64,000 bases of DNA from an uncultured Spirochaetota bacterium (lineage in GTDB: Bacteria > Spirochaetota > UBA4802 > UBA5550). The notes under the pieces are model-generated. The model saw nothing but the letters and a program-made list of their open reading frames with translations, ran no database searches and had not been told where the DNA came from. Below are positions 51,095 to 60,969 of this stretch, piece after piece (position 1 is the stretch's first letter; the number at the start of each line of letters is the position of its first letter). The DNA lies in contig OW818666.1 in assembly GCA_942493035.1 (NCBI GenBank), positions 4,294,874 to 4,358,873 on the forward strand, in the 5' to 3' direction. The translations under genes and the position numbers were made by a program.

Positions 51095-52928
51095 GTGTGT
51101 CACGCAAGGAGTATAGAAGATGAAGGAGGGCCCTTCGGAGCCGGTATACAGGTACAGGCTTCAAACCGCCTTAAGCTGCATTGGTAAAGAGCTATTGTGG
51201 TGAGCGTTAAGGAAAAGGCGTGATAAACACGTCAGGTGCGTTACACGGAGACAAACGCAAGTGAATCATTGATGAGGTGTCGAAAGAGCCTACAGTTGAA
51301 GTCAAAACCGGGGTACAATGTGGATTTCGGGATAAATCTGAGAGAAACCTGTCTACTGCTCAGGTGGCTTCCGGCATAAAGATGGTGTGACTGTGTAACA
51401 GGCTTTTATATTCAACGTGAGAACCTGTCGTTTTGATGTTAAGGGAGAACTTCAAGCGGAGGCCCCGCGAGAAAGAGAGTACCGAAGCAAAGCACAGGGG
51501 CGGAGTGGTTCGTAGTAGTGAAGAAGTCTCTGTAATGGAGATGGAGCGAAGGAATCACGTTGTTCAGCTTTAAAGATTGATCAACCGGAAAACGGGAGGA
51601 GTTGATTGGATAAAGCAAAACCGTATTATATTTCCAAACATAATGTCTGGGAAAGCTACAAACAGGTAAAAGCAAACAGGGGTGCTCCCGGCGTTGATGG
51701 CGTAAATCTGGCAGATTTTGAGGCAGAATTGAAAAATAATCTGTATAAAATCTGGAACCGGATGTCATCTGGAAGTTATGTACCTTCTCCTGTGCGTCGG
51801 GTTGAGATACCGAAAAGCGATGGGAAAACCCGGACACTCGGGATTCCCACAGTGTCTGACCGGATAGCGCAGATGGTAGTCAAACGTGAGCTCGAACCGG
51901 TATTGGAAAAAGTATTTCATCACAGCTCTTACGGATATCGCCCGATGCGGTCTGCAAAAGATGCTGTTGCAAGTGCCCGTAAAAACTGCTGGAAATACGA
52001 CTGGGTGTTAGACATCGACATTAAAGGATTTTTCGATAATATCGATCATGACCTCATGATGAAAGCAGTACGTCGGCATACAGAAAGCGGATGGGTTAGA
52101 CTGTACATAGAGCGATGGCTGAAAGCACCCGTTATGACAACTGAAGAAGGCCTTCAGCAACGAACACAGGGAACACCTCAGGGCGGAGTGATAAGCCCGC
52201 TTCTTGCAAATCTGTTTCTTCATTATGCATTTGATGTCTGGATGGGGAAAAATTATCCGTCAGTATCTTTTGAAAGATATGCGGATGACTGTATCTGTCA
52301 CTGCCGCACTGAAGATGAGGCAGTCAGGCTGAAGGAAGCGCTGGAAAAGAGAATGGCTGAATGCAGGCTCGAACTCCATCCGGAAAAGACAAAGATAGTA
52401 TATTGTAGAGATGACGCAAGAAAGGGCAGCTACCCGGTAGAATGCTTTGATTTTCTGGGTTTTACATTTAAAGCACGAAGGTCAAAGACGAAGCATGGGA
52501 AATATTTTATCAACTTCAGTCCAGCGGCGAGTGATAAGGCATTGAAGAACATGAGAATAACCATGAAAGCGTGGAATGTTCATCAGCGAAGCAGAGAATC
52601 ACTTGAGGAATTATCCTGTAGGTTCAATGCGAAAATCAGAGGATGGATCAACTATTATGGGAGTTTTTACAGATCAGCGATGTACCCGACTTTACGTAAT
52701 TTTGATTTAATTCTTTCGAGATGGGCAATGAAGAAATATAAACGTTTAAGAAATCACAAACGGAGAGCCAGGCACTGGATAGAACGTATTGCGATGAAAG
52801 AGCCGTGTTTATTTTCGCATTGGAGAATTCTTTACGGTAACGGTTGAACAACAAGAGCCGGATGAATCGAGAGATTCACGTCCGGTTCCGTGAGAGCGTA
52901 GAGGGGAGGTTCCTCTGCGCCACTCGAC
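51095..52928 (+). mobile_element. group II intron, copy 2
   Basis: Identical to copy 1. Confidence 0.85.
51606..52847 (+). CDS. group II intron RT/maturase
   Basis: Identical 413-aa ORF. Confidence 0.9.
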   Translation: MDKAKPYYISKHNVWESYKQVKANRGAPGVDGVNLADFEAELKNNLYKIWNRMSSGSYVPSPVRRVEIPKSDGKTRTLGIPTVSDRIAQMVVKRELEPVLEKVFHHSSYGYRPMRSAKDAVASARKNCWKYDWVLDIDIKGFFDNIDHDLMMKAVRRHTESGWVRLYIERWLKAPVMTTEEGLQQRTQGTPQGGVISPLLANLFLHYAFDVWMGKNYPSVSFERYADDCICHCRTEDEAVRLKEALEKRMAECRLELHPEKTKIVYCRDDARKGSYPVECFDFLGFTFKARRSKTKHGKYFINFSPAASDKALKNMRITMKAWNVHQRSRESLEELSCRFNAKIRGWINYYGSFYRSAMYPTLRNFDLILSRWAMKKYKRLRNHKRRARHWIERIAMKEPCLFSHWRILYGNG

Positions 52929-53092
52929 AGCAACCTAATGTGGCTGAATACTTTTTGTTTTGGGCAAACTGATTTTTAAAAAAAATGAGTTGTTAAACTC
53001 GCTAACGTCAGTTAGCCAAGACGTTATATGTAATGGCAACAAAATTTAAGACCGGGCGTCCATGCCCGGAGAGAAAAGAGGAAATTAATCCT

Positions 53093-53806
53093 ATGAATAA
53101 AATTATAACAGTCGCATTTATTCTATTATTCTTTTCAAAAAGCTATTCTGCAGATAAACACTTATTGATATTTAAACCAATTGAAAACTTGAAATATAAA
53201 ATACAGATTCAGCCTGCTCCAGAATCAGTAATATTAAATAAACTTTTTGGTGCGTATTCTTCCAATAGCATTTTTAAGATGTCTATCAAGGAAAATGATA
53301 AAAATACTTACAAAGTAACATCTTCCTTGATAATATTTAATAAATCAAGCTGTTGTAATCCACTAACTTATCCTGGTTATTTTATTACAACAGATAGAGA
53401 AATTGAAAATATCATAAGCCCTACCGGAGAATTTATTGATAATAGTAATGACTATCTATCAATGGGATGCATATTTGGCTTTAACATTTTAAAACTCAAT
53501 AATAAAGAGAAAAACATTAAACCAGTGATAATTCCTTTTTATTTCCCTGATAAAGAAATTTCAATTGGTGAATCATGGACCTGTAAATTTGAATTTGATG
53601 ATAATGTAAATGCTAACCCATTGTTCATTGATTATACAATAAAAAAAGTATCTGATAATATTGCATATATAGATGGTTACAGTTTAGATAGATTACATAT
53701 CACTGCACAATTTAATATTACAAAAGGTTGTTGGACTAACTATAAGATGTTCGTCAAAAAAGATTCAGAAGAATATTTATTTAAAAGTTTTGAGTTAATA
53801 GAATAG
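53093..53806 (+). CDS. secreted/lipoprotein-like cassette protein
   Basis: Signal peptide MNKIITVAFILLFFSKSYSA; identical to 60970-61683 on the opposite strand; the ORF-track N-terminal extension is translation of the upstream hairpin. Confidence 0.6.
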   Translation: MNKIITVAFILLFFSKSYSADKHLLIFKPIENLKYKIQIQPAPESVILNKLFGAYSSNSIFKMSIKENDKNTYKVTSSLIIFNKSSCCNPLTYPGYFITTDREIENIISPTGEFIDNSNDYLSMGCIFGFNILKLNNKEKNIKPVIIPFYFPDKEISIGESWTCKFEFDDNVNANPLFIDYTIKKVSDNIAYIDGYSLDRLHITAQFNITKGCWTNYKMFVKKDSEEYLFKSFELIE

Positions 53807-53924
53807 GCACAATGCCTTCGCCCATCCGTGGGCTACGGCAGACCGAACTTTGTGTAAATGTTGCCACTACATATAACAAAGGCTAACAGCGGCGCCGGAG
53901 TACCGGCTTGGGCTTCGCCACATT

Positions 53925-55758
53925 GTGTGTCACGCAAGGAGTATAGAAGATGAAGGAGGGCCCTTCGGAGCCGGTATACAGGTACAGGCTTCAAACCGCC
54001 TTAAGCTGCATTGGTAAAGAGCTATTGTGGTGAGCGTTAAGGAAAAGGCGTGATAAACACGTCAGGTGCGTTACACGGAGACAAACGCAAGTGAATCATT
54101 GATGAGGTGTCGAAAGAGCCTACAGTTGAAGTCAAAACCGGGGTACAATGTGGATTTCGGGATAAATCTGAGAGAAACCTGTCTACTGCTCAGGTGGCTT
54201 CCGGCATAAAGATGGTGTGACTGTGTAACAGGCTTTTATATTCAACGTGAGAACCTGTCGTTTTGATGTTAAGGGAGAACTTCAAGCGGAGGCCCCGCGA
54301 GAAAGAGAGTACCGAAGCAAAGCACAGGGGCGGAGTGGTTCGTAGTAGTGAAGAAGTCTCTGTAATGGAGATGGAGCGAAGGAATCACGTTGTTCAGCTT
54401 TAAAGATTGATCAACCGGAAAACGGGAGGAGTTGATTGGATAAAGCAAAACCGTATTATATTTCCAAACATAATGTCTGGGAAAGCTACAAACAGGTAAA
54501 AGCAAACAGGGGTGCTCCCGGCGTTGATGGCGTAAATCTGGCAGATTTTGAGGCAGAATTGAAAAATAATCTGTATAAAATCTGGAACCGGATGTCATCT
54601 GGAAGTTATGTACCTTCTCCTGTGCGTCGGGTTGAGATACCGAAAAGCGATGGGAAAACCCGGACACTCGGGATTCCCACAGTGTCTGACCGGATAGCGC
54701 AGATGGTAGTCAAACGTGAGCTCGAACCGGTATTGGAAAAAGTATTTCATCACAGCTCTTACGGATATCGCCCGATGCGGTCTGCAAAAGATGCTGTTGC
54801 AAGTGCCCGTAAAAACTGCTGGAAATACGACTGGGTGTTAGACATCGACATTAAAGGATTTTTCGATAATATCGATCATGACCTCATGATGAAAGCAGTA
54901 CGTCGGCATACAGAAAGCGGATGGGTTAGACTGTACATAGAGCGATGGCTGAAAGCACCCGTTATGACAACTGAAGAAGGCCTTCAGCAACGAACACAGG
55001 GAACACCTCAGGGCGGAGTGATAAGCCCGCTTCTTGCAAATCTGTTTCTTCATTATGCATTTGATGTCTGGATGGGGAAAAATTATCCGTCAGTATCTTT
55101 TGAAAGATATGCGGATGACTGTATCTGTCACTGCCGCACTGAAGATGAGGCAGTCAGGCTGAAGGAAGCGCTGGAAAAGAGAATGGCTGAATGCAGGCTC
55201 GAACTCCATCCGGAAAAGACAAAGATAGTATATTGTAGAGATGACGCAAGAAAGGGCAGCTACCCGGTAGAATGCTTTGATCTTCTGGGTTTTACATTTA
55301 AAGCACGAAGGTCAAAGACGAAGCATGGGAAATATTTTATCAACTTCAGTCCAGCGGCGAGTGATAAGGCATTGAAGAACATGAGAATAACCATGAAAGC
55401 GTGGAATGTTCATCAGCGAAGCAGAGAATCACTTGAGGAATTATCCTGTAGGTTCAATGCGAAAATCAGAGGATGGATCAACTATTATGGGAGTTTTTAC
55501 AGATCAGCGATGTACCCGACTTTACGTAATTTTGATTTAATTCTTTCGAGATGGGCAATGAAGAAATATAAACGTTTAAGAAATCACAAACGGAGAGCCA
55601 GGCACTGGATAGAACGTATTGCGATGAAAGAGCCGTGTTTATTTTCGCATTGGAGAATTCTTTACGGTAACGGTTGAACAACAAGAGCCGGATGAATCGA
55701 GAGATTCACGTCCGGTTCCGTGAGAGCGTAGAGGGGAGGTTCCTCTGCGCCACTCGAC
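53925..55758 (+). mobile_element. group II intron, copy 3
   Basis: Identical except for one substitution (F to L in the RT). Confidence 0.85.
54436..55677 (+). CDS. group II intron RT/maturase
   Basis: 413 aa. Confidence 0.9.
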   Translation: MDKAKPYYISKHNVWESYKQVKANRGAPGVDGVNLADFEAELKNNLYKIWNRMSSGSYVPSPVRRVEIPKSDGKTRTLGIPTVSDRIAQMVVKRELEPVLEKVFHHSSYGYRPMRSAKDAVASARKNCWKYDWVLDIDIKGFFDNIDHDLMMKAVRRHTESGWVRLYIERWLKAPVMTTEEGLQQRTQGTPQGGVISPLLANLFLHYAFDVWMGKNYPSVSFERYADDCICHCRTEDEAVRLKEALEKRMAECRLELHPEKTKIVYCRDDARKGSYPVECFDLLGFTFKARRSKTKHGKYFINFSPAASDKALKNMRITMKAWNVHQRSRESLEELSCRFNAKIRGWINYYGSFYRSAMYPTLRNFDLILSRWAMKKYKRLRNHKRRARHWIERIAMKEPCLFSHWRILYGNG

Positions 55759-55861
55759 GCGCAAAAGGCCGCGCAACGTCGGGTAAGCAAGACGTTATGT
55801 GCCATTTTTTTTCTTGACTTTACACATAGAATTGTGTAAATTATTCAGAGAGGTTATTTAT

Positions 55862-56059
55862 ATGGCTACTAATTTAAATATCGATATGAAACTGTTAGAT
55901 GAAGTTTATCAAATAGGAAATTTCAAAACAAAAAAAGAAGCAGTAAACGTCGCGCTTAAGGAATATATTCAGAAACATAGACAAAAAGACATTTTGAAAT
56001 ATCTAAATGCTGTTGATTTTGATAAAGACTATGATTACAAAAAAGCTCGAAATAGATGA
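55862..56059 (+). CDS. VapB-like antitoxin
   Basis: Small ORF (MATNLNIDMKLLDEV...) with stop/start overlap with the PIN gene. Confidence 0.55.
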   Translation: MATNLNIDMKLLDEVYQIGNFKTKKEAVNVALKEYIQKHRQKDILKYLNAVDFDKDYDYKKARNR

Positions 56060-56493
56060 CAAGATTCATTATAGATACATCCGTATGGTCAGAAGCACTT
56101 CGACGAAAGAAGAAAACTGTAAATTCGTCAGATACTATTGTTAGAAAGATTATAGAAAATGATGATGAAATTGTTGTTGTAGGCATTATCCTTCAAGAAA
56201 TTCTAACTAGCATTGCAGATGAAAAACTGTTTAGAGAAATTAAAGATATCCTGGATGATTTTTTATATTTAGATATTACAAAAAATGATTTCATTTACGC
56301 TTCCGAGTTAAATAATAAATGCAGATCTAAAGGAATTAATGCTGGATCAATTGATTTTTTAATTGCAAGCGTTGCCATCAGAAACGAACTAGAATTGGTC
56401 ACTTTCGACAAAGACTTTTTTAATATTAGCAAGTATACAGATTTAAAAATTTTAGACGTAGGCCGTTTCCTTGATAATAAAACTGAAAATTAA
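56056..56493 (+). CDS. vapC: PIN-domain toxin VapC
   Basis: IIDTSVW...TFDKDF PIN motifs. Confidence 0.75.
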   Translation: MTRFIIDTSVWSEALRRKKKTVNSSDTIVRKIIENDDEIVVVGIILQEILTSIADEKLFREIKDILDDFLYLDITKNDFIYASELNNKCRSKGINAGSIDFLIASVAIRNELELVTFDKDFFNISKYTDLKILDVGRFLDNKTEN

Positions 56494-56510
56494 ACCGAAA
56501 AAAAACGGCA

Positions 56511-56567
56511 CATAACAAAGCTTAAACGCAGCGCTCGGAGTACCTCGCTTGGTCTGCGCCACATTTA
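56511..56567 (+). repeat. attC 5' half split by IS21 copy B
   Basis: CATAACAAAGCTTAAACGCAGCGCTCGGAGTACCTCGCTTGGTCTGCGCCACATTTA. Confidence 0.7.
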
Positions 56568-56645
56568 CGTATTCCGGTGAAACCTGCCACCTATTCCGGT
56601 TTTAAGTTTACCACTTTTAATCCATTTCCATTTTCGAACTAACCA

Positions 56646-57404
56646 TTACTCAAGTGGCAGGTTTCGTCCAGAATTTTTTGATTTTTCCTTTCTCATAGAA
56701 TCTCCTTTAATGTCTATTTTATGTGAAGTATGAAGAAGTCTATCACAGATTGCATCCGCAATAGTCGCATCCCCAATAAGATCAAACCACTTATCTGTAG
56801 GAATTTGAGAACTAATAATTATCGATCTGCTGCCGTGGCGATCTTCAAGCATCTCAAGTAACATTAACCGCGAGTCTGAATCAAAAGGCTTTAATCCGAA
56901 GTCATCAAGAATTATCAAATCCAGTTTTTTAATTTTATTCATCTCTTTAAAATATGATCCATCAACTTTACAGTACTTCAGATGTGAAAACAATTTCAAG
57001 CAGTTGTAGTATCCAACCTGATAACGAAGAATACATGCTTTATGACCAAGTGCGCAGGCCATAAAACTTTTACCTGCACCTGTAGAACCGGTGATGATAA
57101 TGCTCTCTCCTTTTTTGATCCAGTCACATGTCGAGAATCTGAGTATCAGATTTCTGTCAATTTTTCGTGATGGTTTGAAATCTATCTCTTCAACACTTGC
57201 CTTATATCTAAAGGCTGCATTTTTAAGCAGAGTTTTAAATTTCCTGTTATACCTTTCATCCCATTCAGCATCGATGAGATGAGCGACCATTTCATCAACC
57301 GTAAACTTGTTTTTCATATCTGTAGAGAATGTTTCACGGAATGAACTGAGCATTCCGTGAAGACGCATTTCCTGCATCTTTTCAATCGTTCCCTGATTGT
57401 TCAT
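56646..57404 (-). CDS. istB: IstB ATPase
   Basis: Identical to 50051-50809. Confidence 0.85.
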   Translation of the reverse strand: MNNQGTIEKMQEMRLHGMLSSFRETFSTDMKNKFTVDEMVAHLIDAEWDERYNRKFKTLLKNAAFRYKASVEEIDFKPSRKIDRNLILRFSTCDWIKKGESIIITGSTGAGKSFMACALGHKACILRYQVGYYNCLKLFSHLKYCKVDGSYFKEMNKIKKLDLIILDDFGLKPFDSDSRLMLLEMLEDRHGSRSIIISSQIPTDKWFDLIGDATIADAICDRLLHTSHKIDIKGDSMRKEKSKNSGRNLPLE

Positions 57405-58978
57405 TGTAATTCCTCCATGTAATATTGATTGCCTCTTATGTTATCATGTTCAGGTAGGGTGAATTCCGAGTCTTTATCTTCTTCACCTGCTTGATCCATG
57501 TTGTTGCTTAGAATATTTTTAATCATCTTGTATGTGCAGTTTTCATAGTAGAGAGCCAATTCACAAGCACGGTTAAGTCGGATTTCTCCATATGTTTTAG
57601 TTAGGGCAAATATTCCGAGGCATGTTTTATAACTCTGCTCAGGATGCTGCCGGGAGGAGAGAACTATTTCAATTACAGTTACCACAGCATCGCCTTTTAG
57701 TTTTGCAATATTGGTCAGTTTTTCCGGGTTCCAATTATCCTCCCATTTGTGTGATTCCGGCATATGATTCCTTTGTGTTGTGTATCCGTTTTTTCTCCTG
57801 TTTCTAAAATGTGAGGCGACTCTTACGTTGCCACAATAGACTTCTACGGCTCTTTCTGTGAAAAGTACTTCTACTTTCCGCCCTTTATAGCGATATGGCA
57901 CACTGTAGTAATGACTGTCATCACTCAGATAGATATGATAGTTAAATTGAACTGTGAGGATTTTAAACTTCTTGATTTCATAAAGATCCTCTGGAAGAGG
58001 CTGCAGTTCACTCTTTTCAATGCTGTCAAAAAGTTCCCGTCGACTTACACCAGGTCGCTGCATTGTCCGGGAATTGAATGATTCAAGCAACTCCATGATC
58101 GCAGCGTTGAGTTCTTCAAGTGAAAAGAATACACGGTCACGAAGCTTGGCGTAAATCCATGAATATGAAATTCGTACAGCTCCTTCAACCAGAGCTTTGT
58201 CTTTCGGTTTTGCAGGTCGTGCAGGAAGTATTGTTGTGCCGTAATGTCTGGCAAAATCAAGATACTCCGGATTGATATCCGGTTCGTATCTGTCTGTTTT
58301 TGTTACTGCCGATTTTAAGCAGTCTGGCACAATAGCCAGTGGAACACCATCGATGTATCTTAATGCATTTTCATTTAGTCTTATCCATTCCTCCTTCTTC
58401 TGGCTCATTGAAGCTTCTACATAGACAAGCTGGCTTGCTCCCAGGATTGCTACAAAAACTTCAACCTCTCTTATCTCTCCTGTCGTCCGGTCTGTTATGG
58501 CAAGTTTCTTACCGGCAAAATCCACAAAGAGTTTGTCGCCCGCTTTATGTTCAATGTGCATTGTAATCTCTGACATATTCTGCCAGATCTGAAAATGATA
58601 ACAAAACTGCGAGTAACTGTATCCGTCTGGATTTTCCTCTATGTATTCTTCCCACAAAGTTTGGCGAGTCACTCCGAGACGTTTTAGCTCCTGCGTGAAA
58701 TGAAGGAATTGTTTTTGAAGTATTTCATGTCGTTTATTGTCTGCTGTTTTATTTCCCTGTAGAATATTTAGAAGCGTTTCATCCGGCATATTTTCTATAT
58801 CAATAAAAGTTAATCCGAATGTTTTAACCTTGTTAATATAATCGCTGACGACCGGACGAGACATTCCAAGGGCTTGGGATATCTGTCTCTGACTAAGTTT
58901 TGACTGCTCGTGAAGACGCATGATTTCTCTGATTTTTTTCATCGATATTCTCCTTTGTGACATGCCCGGTAACTCCAT
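57401..58978 (-). CDS. istA: IstA transposase
   Basis: Identical to 48477-50054. Confidence 0.85.
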   Translation of the reverse strand: MELPGMSQRRISMKKIREIMRLHEQSKLSQRQISQALGMSRPVVSDYINKVKTFGLTFIDIENMPDETLLNILQGNKTADNKRHEILQKQFLHFTQELKRLGVTRQTLWEEYIEENPDGYSYSQFCYHFQIWQNMSEITMHIEHKAGDKLFVDFAGKKLAITDRTTGEIREVEVFVAILGASQLVYVEASMSQKKEEWIRLNENALRYIDGVPLAIVPDCLKSAVTKTDRYEPDINPEYLDFARHYGTTILPARPAKPKDKALVEGAVRISYSWIYAKLRDRVFFSLEELNAAIMELLESFNSRTMQRPGVSRRELFDSIEKSELQPLPEDLYEIKKFKILTVQFNYHIYLSDDSHYYSVPYRYKGRKVEVLFTERAVEVYCGNVRVASHFRNRRKNGYTTQRNHMPESHKWEDNWNPEKLTNIAKLKGDAVVTVIEIVLSSRQHPEQSYKTCLGIFALTKTYGEIRLNRACELALYYENCTYKMIKNILSNNMDQAGEEDKDSEFTLPEHDNIRGNQYYMEELQ

Positions 58979-59069
58979 CTGATTTGATTTTTTATCAGAT
59001 TAATCAGGCTCTGTTTTAAAAGGAAATGGTTTGTTTTTTATTCCGGTAAAATCCTAAAAGTGGCAGGTT

Positions 59070-59435
59070 TCAACCGGAATGGGTGGCAACTTTGCACCGG
59101 AACAGGTGGCAGGCATTTTCCGGAATGAGTGGCAGGTTTGGGCCGGAATACGCAAAAATATAGATTTGGAATAAAACTTCAGCTATTGAGGCTAACATTA
59201 TTCTTATGTGTTTACTTTCCCATTTATCATAAGAATTTTCATGAACTTTCGAACTTGTTAATTCTTGAATGGTAATGAGTGTATCAAAATACAATGGATC
59301 AACATTGGAGAATATTTTTTTTAAAGCTTTTATTCTTGCATTATAGTCAGAACCATCAGCATTATGTTTATGTGCGAGTTCATATATTATTTTCCTGATA
59401 CAAACAGAGCTACCTGTTAAAAAATTATTTTTCAA
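59070..59435 (-). pseudogene. cassette ORF with its 3' end fused to or interrupted by the IS21 copy B terminus
   Basis: The last 25 codons or so are read from the IS21 end sequence. Confidence 0.5.
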
Positions 59436-59504
59436 ACAGCCTTCGGCTTCAAAAAATAATTCTCTTAATGATTTCGGAATGTTTTCATCTAAGACAAAGC
59501 TTGA

Positions 59505-59816
59505 TTATGGGATTGATAAAAAAATATATTTATCTAAGTCTGAAATAACCTCGTGATGTTTAGCTAATTGTGTCGCTGTAAATTTTCCATTTATATTAAA
59601 TGGTATAATCTTATCTGAAAAATGGATTGAAATTTTATTACATGAATCACATTGAATCTGATATAAATGACATTCTTTTTCATTAGTCCAATCAAATGTA
59701 AATTCATCAAGAAAAGAAAATTGAACATGCCTTCTTTTACAAAAAGGACAATTGTAGGTATGAGAATCAATAAAATACTTATTATCCAAGTTACTTTGAT
59801 CATATGTTTTTTTCAT
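59505..59816 (-). CDS. Cys-rich (CxxC...CxxC) small cassette protein
   Basis: 103 aa with CPFC...CDSC; in the same cassette as 59070-59435, with no attC between them. Confidence 0.5.
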   Translation of the reverse strand: MKKTYDQSNLDNKYFIDSHTYNCPFCKRRHVQFSFLDEFTFDWTNEKECHLYQIQCDSCNKISIHFSDKIIPFNINGKFTATQLAKHHEVISDLDKYIFLSIP

Positions 59817-59882
59817 AGTAATAATTCCTTATATTGAGCCATGGATGGCGAATCTTTTTTTAAAAGTTAAGCCAAAAATGTC

Positions 59883-59981
59883 GTACAACGTCTTGCTTAC
59901 CCGACGTCGCGCGGCCTTTTGCGCGATGTGGCGAAGCCCAAGTGAGGTACTCCGAACGCCGCGGGTAAGCTTTGTTATATG
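59883..59981 (-). repeat. attC-like site (type GCTTACCCG)
   Basis: GTACAACGTCTTGCTTACCCGACGTCGCGCGGCCTTTTGCGCGATGTGGCGAAGCCCAAGTGAGGTACTCCGAACGCCGCGGGTAAGCTTTGTTATAT. Confidence 0.75.
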
Positions 59982-60066
59982 ATGCGACGTGCGTTGATAA
60001 AAAAAGGAATTAAAAAAAAGGCATAGTTTACCTACTATGCCTTCAGAAATAGTTCAATGGGTAAGG

Positions 60067-60639
60067 TTATTTTAATTTTATAGCAATTTTCTTTTCAATT
60101 TGAGCATCAGTATATTTAGGGAATGATTTTTTAAAATTTGATATATCCACTATGGAATTGTCTGCAATATCGATTCTAGTTAAATACACCCTCGTCCCCT
60201 TATCAACTTTCTGATTAGTAAGATATGCAGTGAGCTGACCTATGTAATTTATTTTATTTTCATCTATGGTAAACTTATAGCCGTACATTGCTTTGTTGAT
60301 ATCACTTAAATTTGAAAAGTAAACTGGACCAGCTCCACTATGTAATTGTACTGAATCAAGAATGTATTCACCTTTTGGTAAATATAAGTATTGGGTATTA
60401 CCTGATAAACTGTTCCGATAATAATATGATATATTAGTTTCAGTATTTTTAATCCAAATAGTCATAGGTACTTTTGAAAAACTATTATCCCAAGAGTTTG
60501 AAAATTGGAACACTAAAATTCCAATTCCATTATTATCCTGAAGTGTGTCACTGCTTTTTAAAACATGCGGTGCAGAGCTACAGCCTATTAAAAACAAAAG
60601 CATAAGTATTGAAATAAAATAAATTTGAATTTTTTTCAC
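60067..60639 (-). CDS. lipoprotein (GTG start)
   Basis: Signal peptide with lipobox LIGCSS. Confidence 0.6.
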   Translation of the reverse strand: MKKIQIYFISILMLLFLIGCSSAPHVLKSSDTLQDNNGIGILVFQFSNSWDNSFSKVPMTIWIKNTETNISYYYRNSLSGNTQYLYLPKGEYILDSVQLHSGAGPVYFSNLSDINKAMYGYKFTIDENKINYIGQLTAYLTNQKVDKGTRVYLTRIDIADNSIVDISNFKKSFPKYTDAQIEKKIAIKLK

Positions 60640-60750
60640 GAATAGACCTCTTTTTTAAATTTTTCATAAGTATTCATTTTTTCGTATATGTCAATTACTA
60701 TTTTATAGCGTACTGTTTTTTATGGATATAGAAAGTTAAGCACGTCGTTT

Positions 60751-60906
60751 CATATAACGTCTTGGCTAACTGACGATAGCGAGTTTTACAACTAATTTTT
60801 TTTAAAATCAGTTTGCCAGGTACTAAAAGTATTCAGCCACATTAGGTTGCTAATGTGGCGAAGCCCAAGCCGGTACTCCGGCGCCGCTGTTAGCCTTTGT
60901 TATATG
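60751..60906 (-). repeat. attC-like site (type GGCTAAC)
   Basis: CATATAACGTCTTGGCTAACTGACGATAGCGAG...GCCACATTAGGTTGCTAATGTGGCGAAGCCCAAGCCGGTACTCCGGCGCCGCTGTTAGCCTTTGTTATAT. Confidence 0.75.
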
Positions 60907-60969
60907 TAGTGGCAACATTTACACAAAGTTCGGTCTGCCGTAGCCCACGGATGGGCGAAGGCATTGTGC

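Larger units (their letters stand above)
51042..53028 (+). repeat. attC-like site interrupted by group II intron copy 2
   Basis: ACAACAAAGGCTAACAGCAGCGCCGGAGTACCGGCTTGGGCTTCGCCACATT[intron]AGCAACCTAATGTGGC...GTTAGCCAAGACGTTATAT. Confidence 0.75.
53871..55800 (+). repeat. hybrid attC-like site interrupted by group II intron copy 3
   Basis: The 5' half is GGCTAAC type and the 3' half is GCGCAAAAGGCCGCGCAACGTCGGGTAAGC type. Confidence 0.7.
56568..59152 (-). mobile_element. IS21-family insertion sequence, copy B
   Basis: Identical to copy A, inverted. Confidence 0.85.

Noticed and set aside
53033-53092. N-terminal extensions of cassette ORFs (MATKFKTGRPCPER..., MPKLLKTARPCAER...)
   Set aside because: These residues are translations of the conserved upstream GC hairpin, and the RBS plus true start follow it.
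59591-59803. 70-aa ORF overlapping the Cys-rich gene in another frame
   Set aside because: It lies in an alternative frame of a better-supported ORF.
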